A program made the position numbers and the translations under genes. This document shows positions 40,990 to 50,981 of a stretch of DNA of 58,055 nucleotides, piece after piece (positions within the stretch are counted from its first letter, which is position 1; the number at the start of each line of letters is the position of its first letter). A model generated the notes under the pieces. It ran no database searches, was not told the DNA's origin, and was given only the letters and a program-made list of their open reading frames with translations. The stretch is taken from sequence record SRR31156797_4070, one strand, 5' to 3'.

Positions 40990-41062
40990 TTCTTATTTAA
41001 TCTGGAGCTACTTACGCCCATAAACCGCTAATACCTGATGCTTCCCCGGCTTCAGGTCCAGA

Positions 41063-42004
41063 TTAGAACATTTTTCGTCTTGCCAGCCAGATAATTGCTG
41101 CGACAGTTATTGCCAGAGCAATACCCATTACCATTAAAAATCCAAACGAATTGTTTTCCCAAGGGACATTTACATTCATTCCCCATGCACTGGTAACCAA
41201 GGTTGGCAGTGATATTACTATTGTTACTGCAGCCAAGAATTTCATAACGATACTTAGATTGTTAGAAATAATTGATGCATATGCGTCCATCATACCTGAC
41301 AAAATATCACGGTAAATCGAACACATCTCAATTGCCTGCTTGTTCTCAACAATGACGTCTTCTAAGAGTTCTTCGTCATCATGATACTTTTTAATGTAGT
41401 TGACTTTTACTAGTTTTTCTAAAACTATCTCGTTCCCTTTTAGCGATGTTGTAAAGTATACCAAGGATTTTTCCAGAGCCATCATCTGAAACAGCTCCTT
41501 GTTCCTGTAGCTTCGCTGCATTTCCTCGTTTAGCCTTTCGCTTGCCTTATCTATCTGACGCAGGTAGCGCAGGTAACGTGTTGAATTCCTGTACAAGAGC
41601 AGCAGAATAAACTGTGTTCTCTTGTAGGTATAGAATTTTTTGACTCGGGACTTAACAAAGTCCTCCAGCAGTGATGATTGGATAAGGCATACAGTTATTA
41701 TATAGTCTCCTACACACAAGATGCCAAGCGGCAGTGTAGTGTAGACATATGTATCATTGCCTTCTTTCTCCACTCGAGGAATATCCACGACTATAATAGT
41801 CTGTTCGATTTCTTCCTCGTACTCAATTCTGGAGCGTTCCTCTTCGTCCAGAGCGGCTCGCAGCAGTTCTTCATCAGCTCCTGTTTTCTGACAGACTAAA
41901 TTAATCTCCTCATCTGTCGGAGCAACTAATGAAATCCATGATCCGTTCTCAAAATCGTCTAAGAGGGAAAAACGTGAATTAATATGCTTATAGATATTTA
42001 CCAT
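41063..42004 (-). CDS. corA: CorA-family Mg2+/Co2+ transporter
   Basis: WGMN signature, SIISNNLSIVMK, two C-terminal TMs. Confidence 0.93.
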   Translation of the reverse strand: MVNIYKHINSRFSLLDDFENGSWISLVAPTDEEINLVCQKTGADEELLRAALDEEERSRIEYEEEIEQTIIVVDIPRVEKEGNDTYVYTTLPLGILCVGDYIITVCLIQSSLLEDFVKSRVKKFYTYKRTQFILLLLYRNSTRYLRYLRQIDKASERLNEEMQRSYRNKELFQMMALEKSLVYFTTSLKGNEIVLEKLVKVNYIKKYHDDEELLEDVIVENKQAIEMCSIYRDILSGMMDAYASIISNNLSIVMKFLAAVTIVISLPTLVTSAWGMNVNVPWENNSFGFLMVMGIALAITVAAIIWLARRKMF

Positions 42005-42076
42005 AGCATCCCTCCTTTGCCCGTAGTAATGCTTTTAGGCAAAGTCGCTATGATAATCTAAAATGTTCTAAAAAGA

Positions 42077-42160
42077 TTATGACAGGCGTACATCGCATAA
42101 CGCACATCTTTGGGCGTATTTTGTTGTTTTGAAGTTTCTACTTCCAGGGTCTGCGTCCAC
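42077..42160 (-). CDS. Putative corA leader peptide MDADPGSRNFKTTKYAQRCALCDVRLS (27 aa)
   Basis: GGAGG RBS 8 nt before GTG at 42160; TAA at 42077; lies between promoter and corA; overlaps alternative pairing elements. Confidence 0.65.
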   Translation of the reverse strand: MDADPGSRNFKTTKYAQRCALCDVRLS

Positions 42161-42219
42161 GACATTTACCTCCATATTATTTGGCGTTTATTACACACCA
42201 TACATAATTTCCTAAAATA

Positions 42220-42248
42220 ATTATATACCTAAAAAATAATAATTACAA
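42220..42248 (-). promoter_or_regulatory. Sigma-A promoter of leader-corA transcript
   Basis: TTGTAA-17nt-TATAAT. Confidence 0.65.
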
Positions 42249-42479
42249 GAATAAATTTCAAAGAATTACGTGAATTTAATATGTATTATTATAATAGTTA
42301 TCTCCTGCTAATATCTGCATTTTACTATATGAATTTCATAGTGTATTTGACACTTATTATGTGTTAGTTTTATGATAATAAAAATATTTGTAATAATTGA
42401 AGTAATATTTGCATCTTAATACATCTAAATATATGAACGCAATTGCTAATGAATAATTCTTTATAAAGAAAGGGCAGCG

Positions 42480-43052
42480 ATGGTAGATAAGAACAGCCTA
42501 AAAACTACCCTAGACAAACTAGGCTTATTGAGCTTTGAAGATTTGGTAACCCAATATCAGCACAGTGTCTATTCCACTGCATATTCCTTTACAGGAAATT
42601 CAAGCGATGCAGAGGATCTGGCACAGGAGATATTTTGGCTGATTTACAAAAATCTGCATAAGTTCAACTTCGAATCCAAACTGTCTACATGGATTTATAG
42701 GATTACAGTAAACAAATGTCTGTCATACCGCAGAGATATTGCCAGACGAAAAAGTATTGCAGAGTTTGTTACTATTGATAATTCTGAAACAATTAATCTT
42801 AAGGATGAATCAAATGTTGAAAAATGTGTTATTGATAATGAAAATGATGTTCTACTGCGTAGGGCGATACATAGCATGGGCAGCAACTATTCTGTTCTTA
42901 TTATTCTTAAGTACTATGAAAGCCTTGCAAACAAGGAGATTGCAAAAATCCTAGGGCTTCCTTTAAGGACAGTTGAGACTAGAATCTATCGAGCGAAAAA
43001 GAAACTAAAGAAAAAGCTAGTAGAAACGAACTACAGATGGGAGGTAAAATAA
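42480..43052 (+). CDS. ECF RNA polymerase sigma factor (SigW/SigE-like)
   Basis: DAEDLAQE, SKLSTWIYRITVN, region 4 EIAKILGLPLRTVETRIYRAK. Confidence 0.92.
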   Translation: MVDKNSLKTTLDKLGLLSFEDLVTQYQHSVYSTAYSFTGNSSDAEDLAQEIFWLIYKNLHKFNFESKLSTWIYRITVNKCLSYRRDIARRKSIAEFVTIDNSETINLKDESNVEKCVIDNENDVLLRRAIHSMGSNYSVLIILKYYESLANKEIAKILGLPLRTVETRIYRAKKKLKKKLVETNYRWEVK

Positions 43053-43442
43053 ATGAATATTGATGAAAAGATATTTGAAAGAGCAAGCTTAAAAGCTCCT
43101 GATGATTTTGTGTCCAAGACTATGAGATATATTAATGAGCAGGAAGCTGTTCTTCAGCAAAAAAGTGTAAAAAATAATCAGAATGCTTTCTATACTGCGT
43201 ATAATAAGCTGGGAAAAGCTATGGTTACAGCAGCTATACTTATGGTTATTTTTAATATCCTTCCATATTTACCTTTCATAAGCGTATCATACGATAAAAT
43301 AAATATCCCCAGTGTGCCGTCATTCATTGAAATAGATAAAGATTATACTTCCTTTAATTTCAAAATAGATAAATTGAATATAAGCGAATTAGTTGGTACT
43401 TTCAGAAATAAATTCAGCAATACTTTTAATCAAGGAGAATAA
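43053..43442 (+). CDS. Putative anti-sigma factor (single TM)
   Basis: Directly after ECF sigma, APDDFVSKTM motif, one TM. Confidence 0.65.
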   Translation: MNIDEKIFERASLKAPDDFVSKTMRYINEQEAVLQQKSVKNNQNAFYTAYNKLGKAMVTAAILMVIFNILPYLPFISVSYDKINIPSVPSFIEIDKDYTSFNFKIDKLNISELVGTFRNKFSNTFNQGE

Positions 43443-43443
43443 T

Positions 43444-44004
43444 ATGAAAAGAGACAATAATCAAAATGTAAGGGGCTTATTAATGTTCCTGCTTTCATTT
43501 TTACCGGGTGTAGCCCACATGTATCTAGGACTTATGAAAAGAGGTATACAGTTACTTCTAAGCTTTCTAATATGCTTATCTCTTGCCACGAGTTACTTTC
43601 TTAACATACAGTTCATAACAGTACCATTACTTATAGTCATATTTATTTATAGCTTTTTTGATGGCTACAGCTGTCTGCGGCAAATGAGAAACGGTGAGCA
43701 GATTCAGGATGAAAGCATCTTCAAAGAAATCATAAGTATGACCAAGAGCATGAAAATCAACAAGTCATGGGTTGGTATAGCTCTAATTATTTTGGGTTTA
43801 GTACTTATTCTAAATGTAATAACACGCAGTTATTACTTTATAGACTCTGTAAATCAAGCTGCTAGATTTATAATGGATACACTGCCAGCTATCCTGTTCT
43901 TTATATTGGGCATTTCGCTGATTTTTAGAAATAATAAAGAATCAGAAGAGATTGACACTACTAAGGACAGCGATATTTTACCTGACGAGAACAATCAGCA
44001 ATAA
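43444..44004 (+). CDS. Membrane protein of ECF operon
   Basis: AAGGAG RBS; FLPGVAHMYLGLMKRG, YSFFD, several TMs. Confidence 0.7.
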   Translation: MKRDNNQNVRGLLMFLLSFLPGVAHMYLGLMKRGIQLLLSFLICLSLATSYFLNIQFITVPLLIVIFIYSFFDGYSCLRQMRNGEQIQDESIFKEIISMTKSMKINKSWVGIALIILGLVLILNVITRSYYFIDSVNQAARFIMDTLPAILFFILGISLIFRNNKESEEIDTTKDSDILPDENNQQ

Positions 44005-44017
44005 TAATCTTTACTTT

Positions 44018-44039
44018 AGGGGCAGCAATGCCCCTTTTT
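44018..44039 (+). terminator. Intrinsic terminator of ECF operon
   Basis: AGGGGCA-gcaa-TGCCCCT-TTTT. Confidence 0.85.
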
Positions 44040-44173
44040 GTTATGTACAATATAACACATCTTCATATAATATCTCACTTAGCATTTTTTACATGATATA
44101 TAAAGCAAATCTCCAATTAAGAACAAAAACAAACACTAAAATACTATATACATTATATTTATATATAAAAACC

Positions 44174-44218
44174 TTGACATATTACCGTTACACGTGTACT
44201 ATTAATACTAGTACACGT
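44174..44218 (+). promoter_or_regulatory. Sigma-A promoter overlapped by YtrA-type operator
   Basis: TTGACA-17nt-TACTAT; perfect inverted repeat ACGTGTACTA-7nt-TAGTACACGT (44192-44218), matching GTGTA-N13-TACAC. Confidence 0.85.
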
Positions 44219-44246
44219 AGTAAACAAAATAAAAGGAGGTAATAAA

Positions 44247-44639
44247 TTGCTTATAAATAAAAATTCCAGCGAACCTGTATATCTGCAGGTCATCAATCAG
44301 TATAAGCGACAGATAGCCACAGGAATGCTAAAGTCCAACGCACAGCTCCCTTCTGTCAGGAAGTTATCATATGAACTTGGCATAAATCCAAACACGTTAC
44401 AAAAAGCATATTCACAGCTTGAAGCTATGGGCATATGCTACACCGTTCCAGGCAAAGGCAGATTTGTCGCGGAAGATGCGAAGACTAACATACTAGCAGA
44501 TGCGGCAGGTCACTACAGGGTTTTGGATAAGGTTATCGAGGAGCTTGCAATGTGCAATGAAGATTTAGAGGATATTATTGAAAAAATAAAAATAGCATAT
44601 AACAATTCAATAGTAAAAATGAAAGGAATAAGTAAATGA
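44247..44639 (+). CDS. GntR-family regulator, YtrA subfamily
   Basis: PVYLQ, LPSVRKLS, INPNT, GKGRFV; precedes ABC transporter. Confidence 0.92.
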   Translation: MLINKNSSEPVYLQVINQYKRQIATGMLKSNAQLPSVRKLSYELGINPNTLQKAYSQLEAMGICYTVPGKGRFVAEDAKTNILADAAGHYRVLDKVIEELAMCNEDLEDIIEKIKIAYNNSIVKMKGISK

Positions 44640-45568
44640 TTGAGATTAAGAATGCAGTGAAAACCTTTGGCAATCTAAAGGCGCTAAGCAGCGTAGAATG
44701 TAATATTCATAACGGCTCAATATTTGGTGTCGTTGGTTCAAACGGTGCTGGTAAGTCCACACTGCTAAGAGTAATTTCAGGAGTCTATTCTTTGGACGAA
44801 GGCAGTGTAAGTATAGACAGCAAGGAAATATTCAACAATCCAGAAGCTAAAAAGAATATTGTTTTTCTATCAGACACGCCACCTGTAACATATGGAGTTA
44901 CACTAGCAAAGCTAAAGAAAGAATACAGCTCCTATTATGAAAACTTCGATTTCAGCGAATACAAAAAATTAGTGAAATCCTTTGACTTAGATGAGAATCA
45001 ACAGCTAAACAATATGTCCAAGGGAATGAAGCGGCAGTCAATGATTATTATAGCCCTTTGCTGCAACACAAAGTATATCATCTTGGATGAGACGCTAGAC
45101 GGACTAGATGCCGTTGTACGAGGCTTAGTCAAAAAGAAAATCTACAGCAAGGTGTTGGAATCCAAAACAACAATAATTATATCCTCGCATTCATTGAGAG
45201 AGTTGGAAGATTTCTGCGATAGCCTTATCCTGATACATAAGGGTAACCTGATATTCCAGAAACAATTACTGGACATGGATACTGTTCTCATTAAGGTGCA
45301 GATTGCACTAAAAGATGAGTTCGATAAGAATACTTTCTCCGGCATCGATATTGTCAAGTACTCACAGAACGGCTCTGTTGCTAACCTGATAGTCAAAGGG
45401 GTAGAGGAAGATATTATAAAAGAACTAAATAATTTATATCCTGTACTGCTTGAGACAGTACCATTAACATTAGAAGAGATATTTACATACGAGTTAGAAG
45501 AGAGAGGCTATGCTATTGATGAAGAATATGCAGAGACTCTGTCAACAGGAGGTGACGATGATGAATAA
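44636..45568 (+). CDS. ABC transporter ATP-binding protein
   Basis: Walker A GSNGAGKST, MSKGMKR signature, LDETLDGLD. Confidence 0.93.
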   Translation: MIEIKNAVKTFGNLKALSSVECNIHNGSIFGVVGSNGAGKSTLLRVISGVYSLDEGSVSIDSKEIFNNPEAKKNIVFLSDTPPVTYGVTLAKLKKEYSSYYENFDFSEYKKLVKSFDLDENQQLNNMSKGMKRQSMIIIALCCNTKYIILDETLDGLDAVVRGLVKKKIYSKVLESKTTIIISSHSLRELEDFCDSLILIHKGNLIFQKQLLDMDTVLIKVQIALKDEFDKNTFSGIDIVKYSQNGSVANLIVKGVEEDIIKELNNLYPVLLETVPLTLEEIFTYELEERGYAIDEEYAETLSTGGDDDE

Positions 45569-47789
45569 GATGTTTAGTACAAAGATATTTAAAAATACAT
45601 TAAAGGATTTAAGCCTTGTAGCCCTGTTAATAGGATTACTAAGTATTGCAGTTACAGTGCTGCTAATTACTTCAGGATTCAGCGGAGGCTTTTACACACG
45701 TTTTTACTATTTCAGAATTCCATATTTTAGAGGCGAGCCAATAGCAATATCAATTGCGCCAATACTTCTGGCATTTATGTATTTAGGAACACCTGCTTTA
45801 ACTTTTATGGCATTTAAGCATCAGAATAATAGAGTTTTGTCTGACAAATATCACTCACTGCCTTTCACTAGAAGTCAGCAGTTCATTTCCAGAATTGTTG
45901 CTGTTTTAGTCATGGTATACACAGTAATAATTATAACAATTGTAACTGCACTTATAAGCTTATTAGCTTCTGGTACTGAATTCACCATGAGCTATGTAAT
46001 ATTTAACATATTAGGATACATTGCCGGCTCAACCCTTATGGTAGGGATTGTAGTTCTAGCAATGAGTGTTACAGGTAATATATTTGCAAATATCACTGTT
46101 TCAGCACTGATACTATTTCTGCCCAGATGCATTCTGATGGCAATGGCTTCCTTGATAGGCAGCGTCATCTCTGGTTTCATAAACATAGGAACACTAAATA
46201 TATTCTACAATCCTATTATGAATATACCCATAGGCTTAGTTTTGGATCAGGCTGGTGTTTGGGAGTATTTTGGTATGAGTGAAACCCTGATTAACCCTGG
46301 TTCTATTATCTACACTATAGTATTGGGATTAATCTATCTTGCAGCTGCATTGCTGATATCTCAAAAGCGTAAGTCAGAACTGGCAGAAAGAAGCTTTGCA
46401 GGAACATGGCAAACTGCAACTGCCGCTGGGCTCTGCTCAATGCCTTTCTTGATAATCTGTGTGTACAATATTATGACTGATATTGATATAACTAGATTTG
46501 GTAGGTCAACATTTATTATTCTGGGATTCGCATTGTTCTTAGATATTATATTAATTGTTATCTATAGTGCAGGCTTCAAAAATATTATAAAAGGCATAGT
46601 TGTATTTGCTGGTATTGTAATCCTATCAGGTGTATTAGGCATCACCGGCAAAATAATAGCAGAGAACATATCAAATACAAAGATAGACGCAGACCAAGTA
46701 GATTATATAAAAATTGACTTGAACTATGAGAAGTCCTACAAAAACAATCCTACCTATAACTACGGCGAGCTTCTTTTCAAAGATTTAGAAATAAAAGATG
46801 AAGATATAATTTCAGCAATGACAAACGCTTTAAACGACTATGTAGATACAATGTACGGTCGTTATGAAAGTCTGAAATCAGGAGAAGGAGTATCAGAATA
46901 CTCATACCATGACAGCGTATGGTGCGAATATCACCTGAAAAATGGACGTACTATAAAACGTCATTTAAAAATGAACATTAATGATGATTACAATGAGATT
47001 ATGAGTTTCGTTGCAAATCAAGAAATATTGTATATGCTGCCTCCATTGGATGATAAAACTACATATGTGACTAAAGTTGGTGAATTTGGCACTAATTTTT
47101 ACGAATATGATTATGTGAATGGCGATACTAACAATTATAATGAACTAGCAAAAGAAATATATACAATGTACTACAACGAATTAAACGGTTACCAGTCTAA
47201 ATCCTCTAGTTCAACAACTAACTATGGTCAGACGCTTCATTCTTTTAGCGACTTTTACTGCCAATTCTCAGTCGATACTATGCAAATTGGCGGAGATATT
47301 GACAATATAGCTTTCTCAAATTATATATCATTATGCGATTATACTCCTGAAACTACTACATACTATATGCAGAAAGTCAATGAGGTGCTGGGAACTACAA
47401 TAAAAGATGATATTAAAACAATACTAGAAGATCCAGACCAATTAGTAGAGTTCTATGTTGATGGCAGCATCGTATCTAAAGATCAGCAGGAATATTCCGA
47501 TGATCACTTCTATTTCAGATATTCGCAATACAATGAAGAAGACAATCAATACTCAGGTATGATTTCAGATACTATTTTCGACGAGTTATGCCAGTTAGTA
47601 TTAGATACTGATTTAAATTCAATATCAGTAGATACATCTTACTTGTGCTTATATGTCAATGCTTATACTTTAGATGATATGGAAAACGGCGAATATTATA
47701 ATTATCGACCTATGGTCTATATACCAATAAACGAATCACAATACGATTATTGGAAAGCTATTGTTCAGGATACAGAAGGATTGTACTAG
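45558..47789 (+). CDS. ABC transporter permease with large extracellular C-terminal domain
   Basis: AGGAGGT RBS, YHSLPFTR, RKSE motifs, many TMs. Confidence 0.8.
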   Translation: MMNKMFSTKIFKNTLKDLSLVALLIGLLSIAVTVLLITSGFSGGFYTRFYYFRIPYFRGEPIAISIAPILLAFMYLGTPALTFMAFKHQNNRVLSDKYHSLPFTRSQQFISRIVAVLVMVYTVIIITIVTALISLLASGTEFTMSYVIFNILGYIAGSTLMVGIVVLAMSVTGNIFANITVSALILFLPRCILMAMASLIGSVISGFINIGTLNIFYNPIMNIPIGLVLDQAGVWEYFGMSETLINPGSIIYTIVLGLIYLAAALLISQKRKSELAERSFAGTWQTATAAGLCSMPFLIICVYNIMTDIDITRFGRSTFIILGFALFLDIILIVIYSAGFKNIIKGIVVFAGIVILSGVLGITGKIIAENISNTKIDADQVDYIKIDLNYEKSYKNNPTYNYGELLFKDLEIKDEDIISAMTNALNDYVDTMYGRYESLKSGEGVSEYSYHDSVWCEYHLKNGRTIKRHLKMNINDDYNEIMSFVANQEILYMLPPLDDKTTYVTKVGEFGTNFYEYDYVNGDTNNYNELAKEIYTMYYNELNGYQSKSSSSTTNYGQTLHSFSDFYCQFSVDTMQIGGDIDNIAFSNYISLCDYTPETTTYYMQKVNEVLGTTIKDDIKTILEDPDQLVEFYVDGSIVSKDQQEYSDDHFYFRYSQYNEEDNQYSGMISDTIFDELCQLVLDTDLNSISVDTSYLCLYVNAYTLDDMENGEYYNYRPMVYIPINESQYDYWKAIVQDTEGLY

Positions 47790-47833
47790 CACATTTAACT
47801 TTGACACACTTAATAATCACACAATAAACACGC

Positions 47834-47863
47834 AAAAAGACCATCTATTCGGATGGTTTTTTT
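47834..47863 (+). terminator. Intrinsic terminator after YtrA-ABC operon
   Basis: GACCATCT-attc-GGATGGTT-TTTTT. Confidence 0.8.
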
Positions 47864-47967
47864 GTACCTAGGCTATATAGCTTATGTTGCAGGTGATATG
47901 CAAAACATGGTATACTAATGCAAGTTAACCACAATGTATTGTCGGTCATAGATAAGAGGTAGTAATA

Positions 47968-49500
47968 ATGTCCACTAATATAACCACTCTAAAAAAAATC
48001 GTACTAATAATCCTAATAATCGGATTTATAGCTTCAATGCTGCCATTATTATATATTTCAAAGCTTAATCACCCATACAGAGATGATTTCTCATATTCCA
48101 TATTGACTCATAATACATATGTATCAACCAATTCTATTGCAAAAGTACTAGGTGCAGCCGCTAAGCAAGTAAAAGATACGTACACTTCATGGCAGGGAAC
48201 ATACTCATCTGTATATCTTTTTTCTCTAAACCCTGCTTTGTTTAAAGATGGTATGTACCAACTAACAACATATATCTTGTTCTTTGTATTTATCTGTGGA
48301 AATTTATTCTTCATGTATACGCTATTAGTAAAAACATTGAAAATAAAAGTATTGAATTATCTTATAATTTCTTTGGCAGTCATATTAATATCTATTCAGT
48401 TTGTGCCATCACCGTTTAATGCATTCTACTGGTATAATGGCGGTATACACTACGTTTTCTTCTATTCTTTAGAATTAACTTTACTAGGGATTATACTGCT
48501 CATGCTAACCAAAGACAAAAAGCACAGTTTCGGTCTGCTATCACTATCAGTAATTATCACTATGATATTAGGCGGCGGAAACTTCGTAACTGCTCTTAAT
48601 CTGTCAATAATACTTTTCTTAGCAACTCTGTATCTTTTATTAACAAAAAACAAAAAGTGGAGCTATACAGCTATTATTTTCACGATTTTAATAATTTGTT
48701 TGCCTATATCAGCATTGGCACCCGGTAATGCAGTCAGAGCCTCTCATTTTACAGGTTATGGAGTAGTGAAATCCATCCGTTTGTCACTAGATTGTGGATT
48801 AAAATACATTTTCACTATGTTTAACGCTCCTAAAGGAACTATCCTTTGCATCATATTAGCACTGATTGCTGTACTGCCTCTTATGTCAAAGGTTATTGCA
48901 AATAATGATTATAAATTCAGATTCTCTATAGTATTTATACTACTTCTATATGGTTTACTAAGCGCAATGTTCACCCCACAGTTCTATGGACTGGGCGACA
49001 AAGGTCCTATCCGCATAGAAAACATAATTTTCTTCTCATTAATCATTTACTTATTTGCTTCTTTGGTCTATGTATCTGGATGGTTATACAAAAAGGTAAA
49101 AGAAATAATATCATTAGATATCAATAAATTTTCTGATAGAAAAGGAAAAATTTATCTTATATATCTCAGTATAATAGCTATACTGTTTTCACTAAATGCT
49201 TATACAATAATCGATAACAAGAAAAATCAGATGCCTACCAGCATAGAAGCTTTCAATTCCATAGTAAACGGGGAAGCATATGCCTATCATTTCCAAAATT
49301 TAGACAGGATTATTGAACTTGAATCTGACAAAGAAAATATTGTATTAGAGCCGATTACTGTTCATCCTTCATTATTGTCAATAGGTGATTTTGTAGATGA
49401 AAGGTATGAAAAATATTATAATAAGGAAAGTGTCACCCTGCGTGAAGAGATTGAAGAGATAGATGATAATACTACTGTAGAAGCGAATGAAAATAACTAA
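47968..49500 (+). CDS. Polytopic membrane protein, DUF6056-like putative GT-C glycosyltransferase
   Basis: DDF, WQGTYSS, YWYNGG, APGN; paralog of 21583-22995. Confidence 0.6.
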   Translation: MSTNITTLKKIVLIILIIGFIASMLPLLYISKLNHPYRDDFSYSILTHNTYVSTNSIAKVLGAAAKQVKDTYTSWQGTYSSVYLFSLNPALFKDGMYQLTTYILFFVFICGNLFFMYTLLVKTLKIKVLNYLIISLAVILISIQFVPSPFNAFYWYNGGIHYVFFYSLELTLLGIILLMLTKDKKHSFGLLSLSVIITMILGGGNFVTALNLSIILFLATLYLLLTKNKKWSYTAIIFTILIICLPISALAPGNAVRASHFTGYGVVKSIRLSLDCGLKYIFTMFNAPKGTILCIILALIAVLPLMSKVIANNDYKFRFSIVFILLLYGLLSAMFTPQFYGLGDKGPIRIENIIFFSLIIYLFASLVYVSGWLYKKVKEIISLDINKFSDRKGKIYLIYLSIIAILFSLNAYTIIDNKKNQMPTSIEAFNSIVNGEAYAYHFQNLDRIIELESDKENIVLEPITVHPSLLSIGDFVDERYEKYYNKESVTLREEIEEIDDNTTVEANENN

Positions 49501-49551
49501 GCATTTATATTTTTTATACAATAAGTAAATCTAAATATTCATAACCCATCA

Positions 49552-50250
49552 TCAACTGTCTAACTTTATCCTCAACAAGGCAAACCAAGCCAATGCAACT
49601 GCCAGCCCTGCTCCAATTACTAGGATATTATCTGGCTGAAATACAATTTTTGTAATCCAATATGTTGGGAAAAAGGATGAAAATACCCTGACCCAGCCTA
49701 CATTCACCAAATCAGCAAGAGCAAACAGCATAAACATGTTTAGTCCTTTTGCATAAGTTAATCCCTTTACTTTATCGGTTGCCAGCATAAATAACAGCAA
49801 CCCAATTGTGCTCCCATAGAGAGCCAGAATAATTGAAATGAGTATTAATGCTGCAAACGGTACGTGGTAGATATTTAATACAAAGTATGTGTATAATGTA
49901 TAGAAAAATGTACCAATAAATACAGTGCACAGTCTAAGAAACATATAGCCTCTTTTGCCCATCGGAGTAACACTCATCAGCTCAAATATCTTACCATCCC
50001 TGTCATCTATCATCATAAAGCCCATAACAATACTTAACATAGCAGGATTCATAGTCATTACAGCAGATATGATATATCCATGATATGGTGTAATGTCAAA
50101 TTCAACATATCTCATTATAAAGGGCACTAGATAAACAAGCAGCAGCTTAGTCAAAACTGGTATAAATAAAGGAAAGAGAAAGAGCAGTACCATTATTGGC
50201 TCCCTGATTAATCTCTTAATATCTGCTTTATAATAAATTGATTTAAACAT
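49552..50250 (-). CDS. ABC-2 type permease (fluoroquinolone-export-like)
   Basis: DDRDG..SVTP motif, 6 TMs, operon position. Confidence 0.8.
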   Translation of the reverse strand: MFKSIYYKADIKRLIREPIMVLLFLFPLFIPVLTKLLLVYLVPFIMRYVEFDITPYHGYIISAVMTMNPAMLSIVMGFMMIDDRDGKIFELMSVTPMGKRGYMFLRLCTVFIGTFFYTLYTYFVLNIYHVPFAALILISIILALYGSTIGLLLFMLATDKVKGLTYAKGLNMFMLFALADLVNVGWVRVFSSFFPTYWITKIVFQPDNILVIGAGLAVALAWFALLRIKLDS

Positions 50251-50258
50251 TGCATCTC

Positions 50259-50981
50259 CTAACTGTTTAGTATTACTTTTTTAGTTAAAACTTTCTTCGC
50301 TCTTTTAAGCAGTAGAATGTCAAATATAATAAGGCTTGCAAAGCATATTACAATCTCATAGGTTGCGATTTCACTATATGCTCCCATTACGATTTTTAAT
50401 CCTGCAACACTTGGAACGACATTCAATACTAAATTAATTAAATCGGGCACGAAATTATTAGGTATTAGAGATAAGCATGGAATAATGATAATAAGCATCC
50501 AAGGAACCATATTTACTAAGTATGTTTTGACATCCTTAACATTTGAGCTTAACAGGAAACCAAATAACGTAAAAAATATTGATGTCAGCAAAATACCTAA
50601 AAACAAATACAAGTGATTTACATAGCCTCTGTAAGATAACAATGATATTATAAAACTAGTAATCACTGATAATAATCCCAGAGATATTACCTTGCTGATA
50701 ATATACTCCATTACTCGTAATGGTGTAATATACAAAAGAGACAGTATTCCCTGCTCCTTTTCTAAAAGTACCATACCTCCTATAAAAAACAATCCCAGAA
50801 CAGATGGGTCGATATAGATTAATATTGGCAGAACTATCTGCAGTACATTATCATTAAGCAAACTAAAAACGAATATATAGATTAAAGATATTATTATGTA
50901 AATATAATAGAAACCCTGCTTGAACTGAAATATAACGTCAGCTTTAAAAGAATTCATCAATCTTTTTCTATTAAAAATCAT
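50259..50981 (-). CDS. ABC-2 type permease (fluoroquinolone-export-like)
   Basis: FQFKQGFY, DPSVLGLFFIGGMVLLEK, ITPLR..EYIISK. Confidence 0.8.
   Translation of the reverse strand: MIFNRKRLMNSFKADVIFQFKQGFYYIYIIISLIYIFVFSLLNDNVLQIVLPILIYIDPSVLGLFFIGGMVLLEKEQGILSLLYITPLRVMEYIISKVISLGLLSVITSFIISLLSYRGYVNHLYLFLGILLTSIFFTLFGFLLSSNVKDVKTYLVNMVPWMLIIIIPCLSLIPNNFVPDLINLVLNVVPSVAGLKIVMGAYSEIATYEIVICFASLIIFDILLLKRAKKVLTKKVILNS

Noticed and set aside
41001-41045. Partial resemblance to a fluoride riboswitch (CCATAAACCGC) or hammerhead core (CTGATG)
   Set aside because: Lacks the 5' GGnGAUG and pseudoknot partner, lacks the CUGAUGA/GAAA core, and is not upstream of a gene
42058-42165. Alternative-frame leader ORF MSWTQTLEVE... 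upstream of corA
   Set aside because: Its ATG is only 3 nt from GGAGG; the GTG frame has better spacing
42005-42220. M-box (ykoK) riboswitch upstream of corA
   Set aside because: No M-box consensus or terminator recognised; leader ORF plus RBS-sequestering stems explain the region better
42401-42428. ECF autoregulatory promoter (GTAAT...CATCTAA)
   Set aside because: Match too loose in AT-rich DNA to list as a feature
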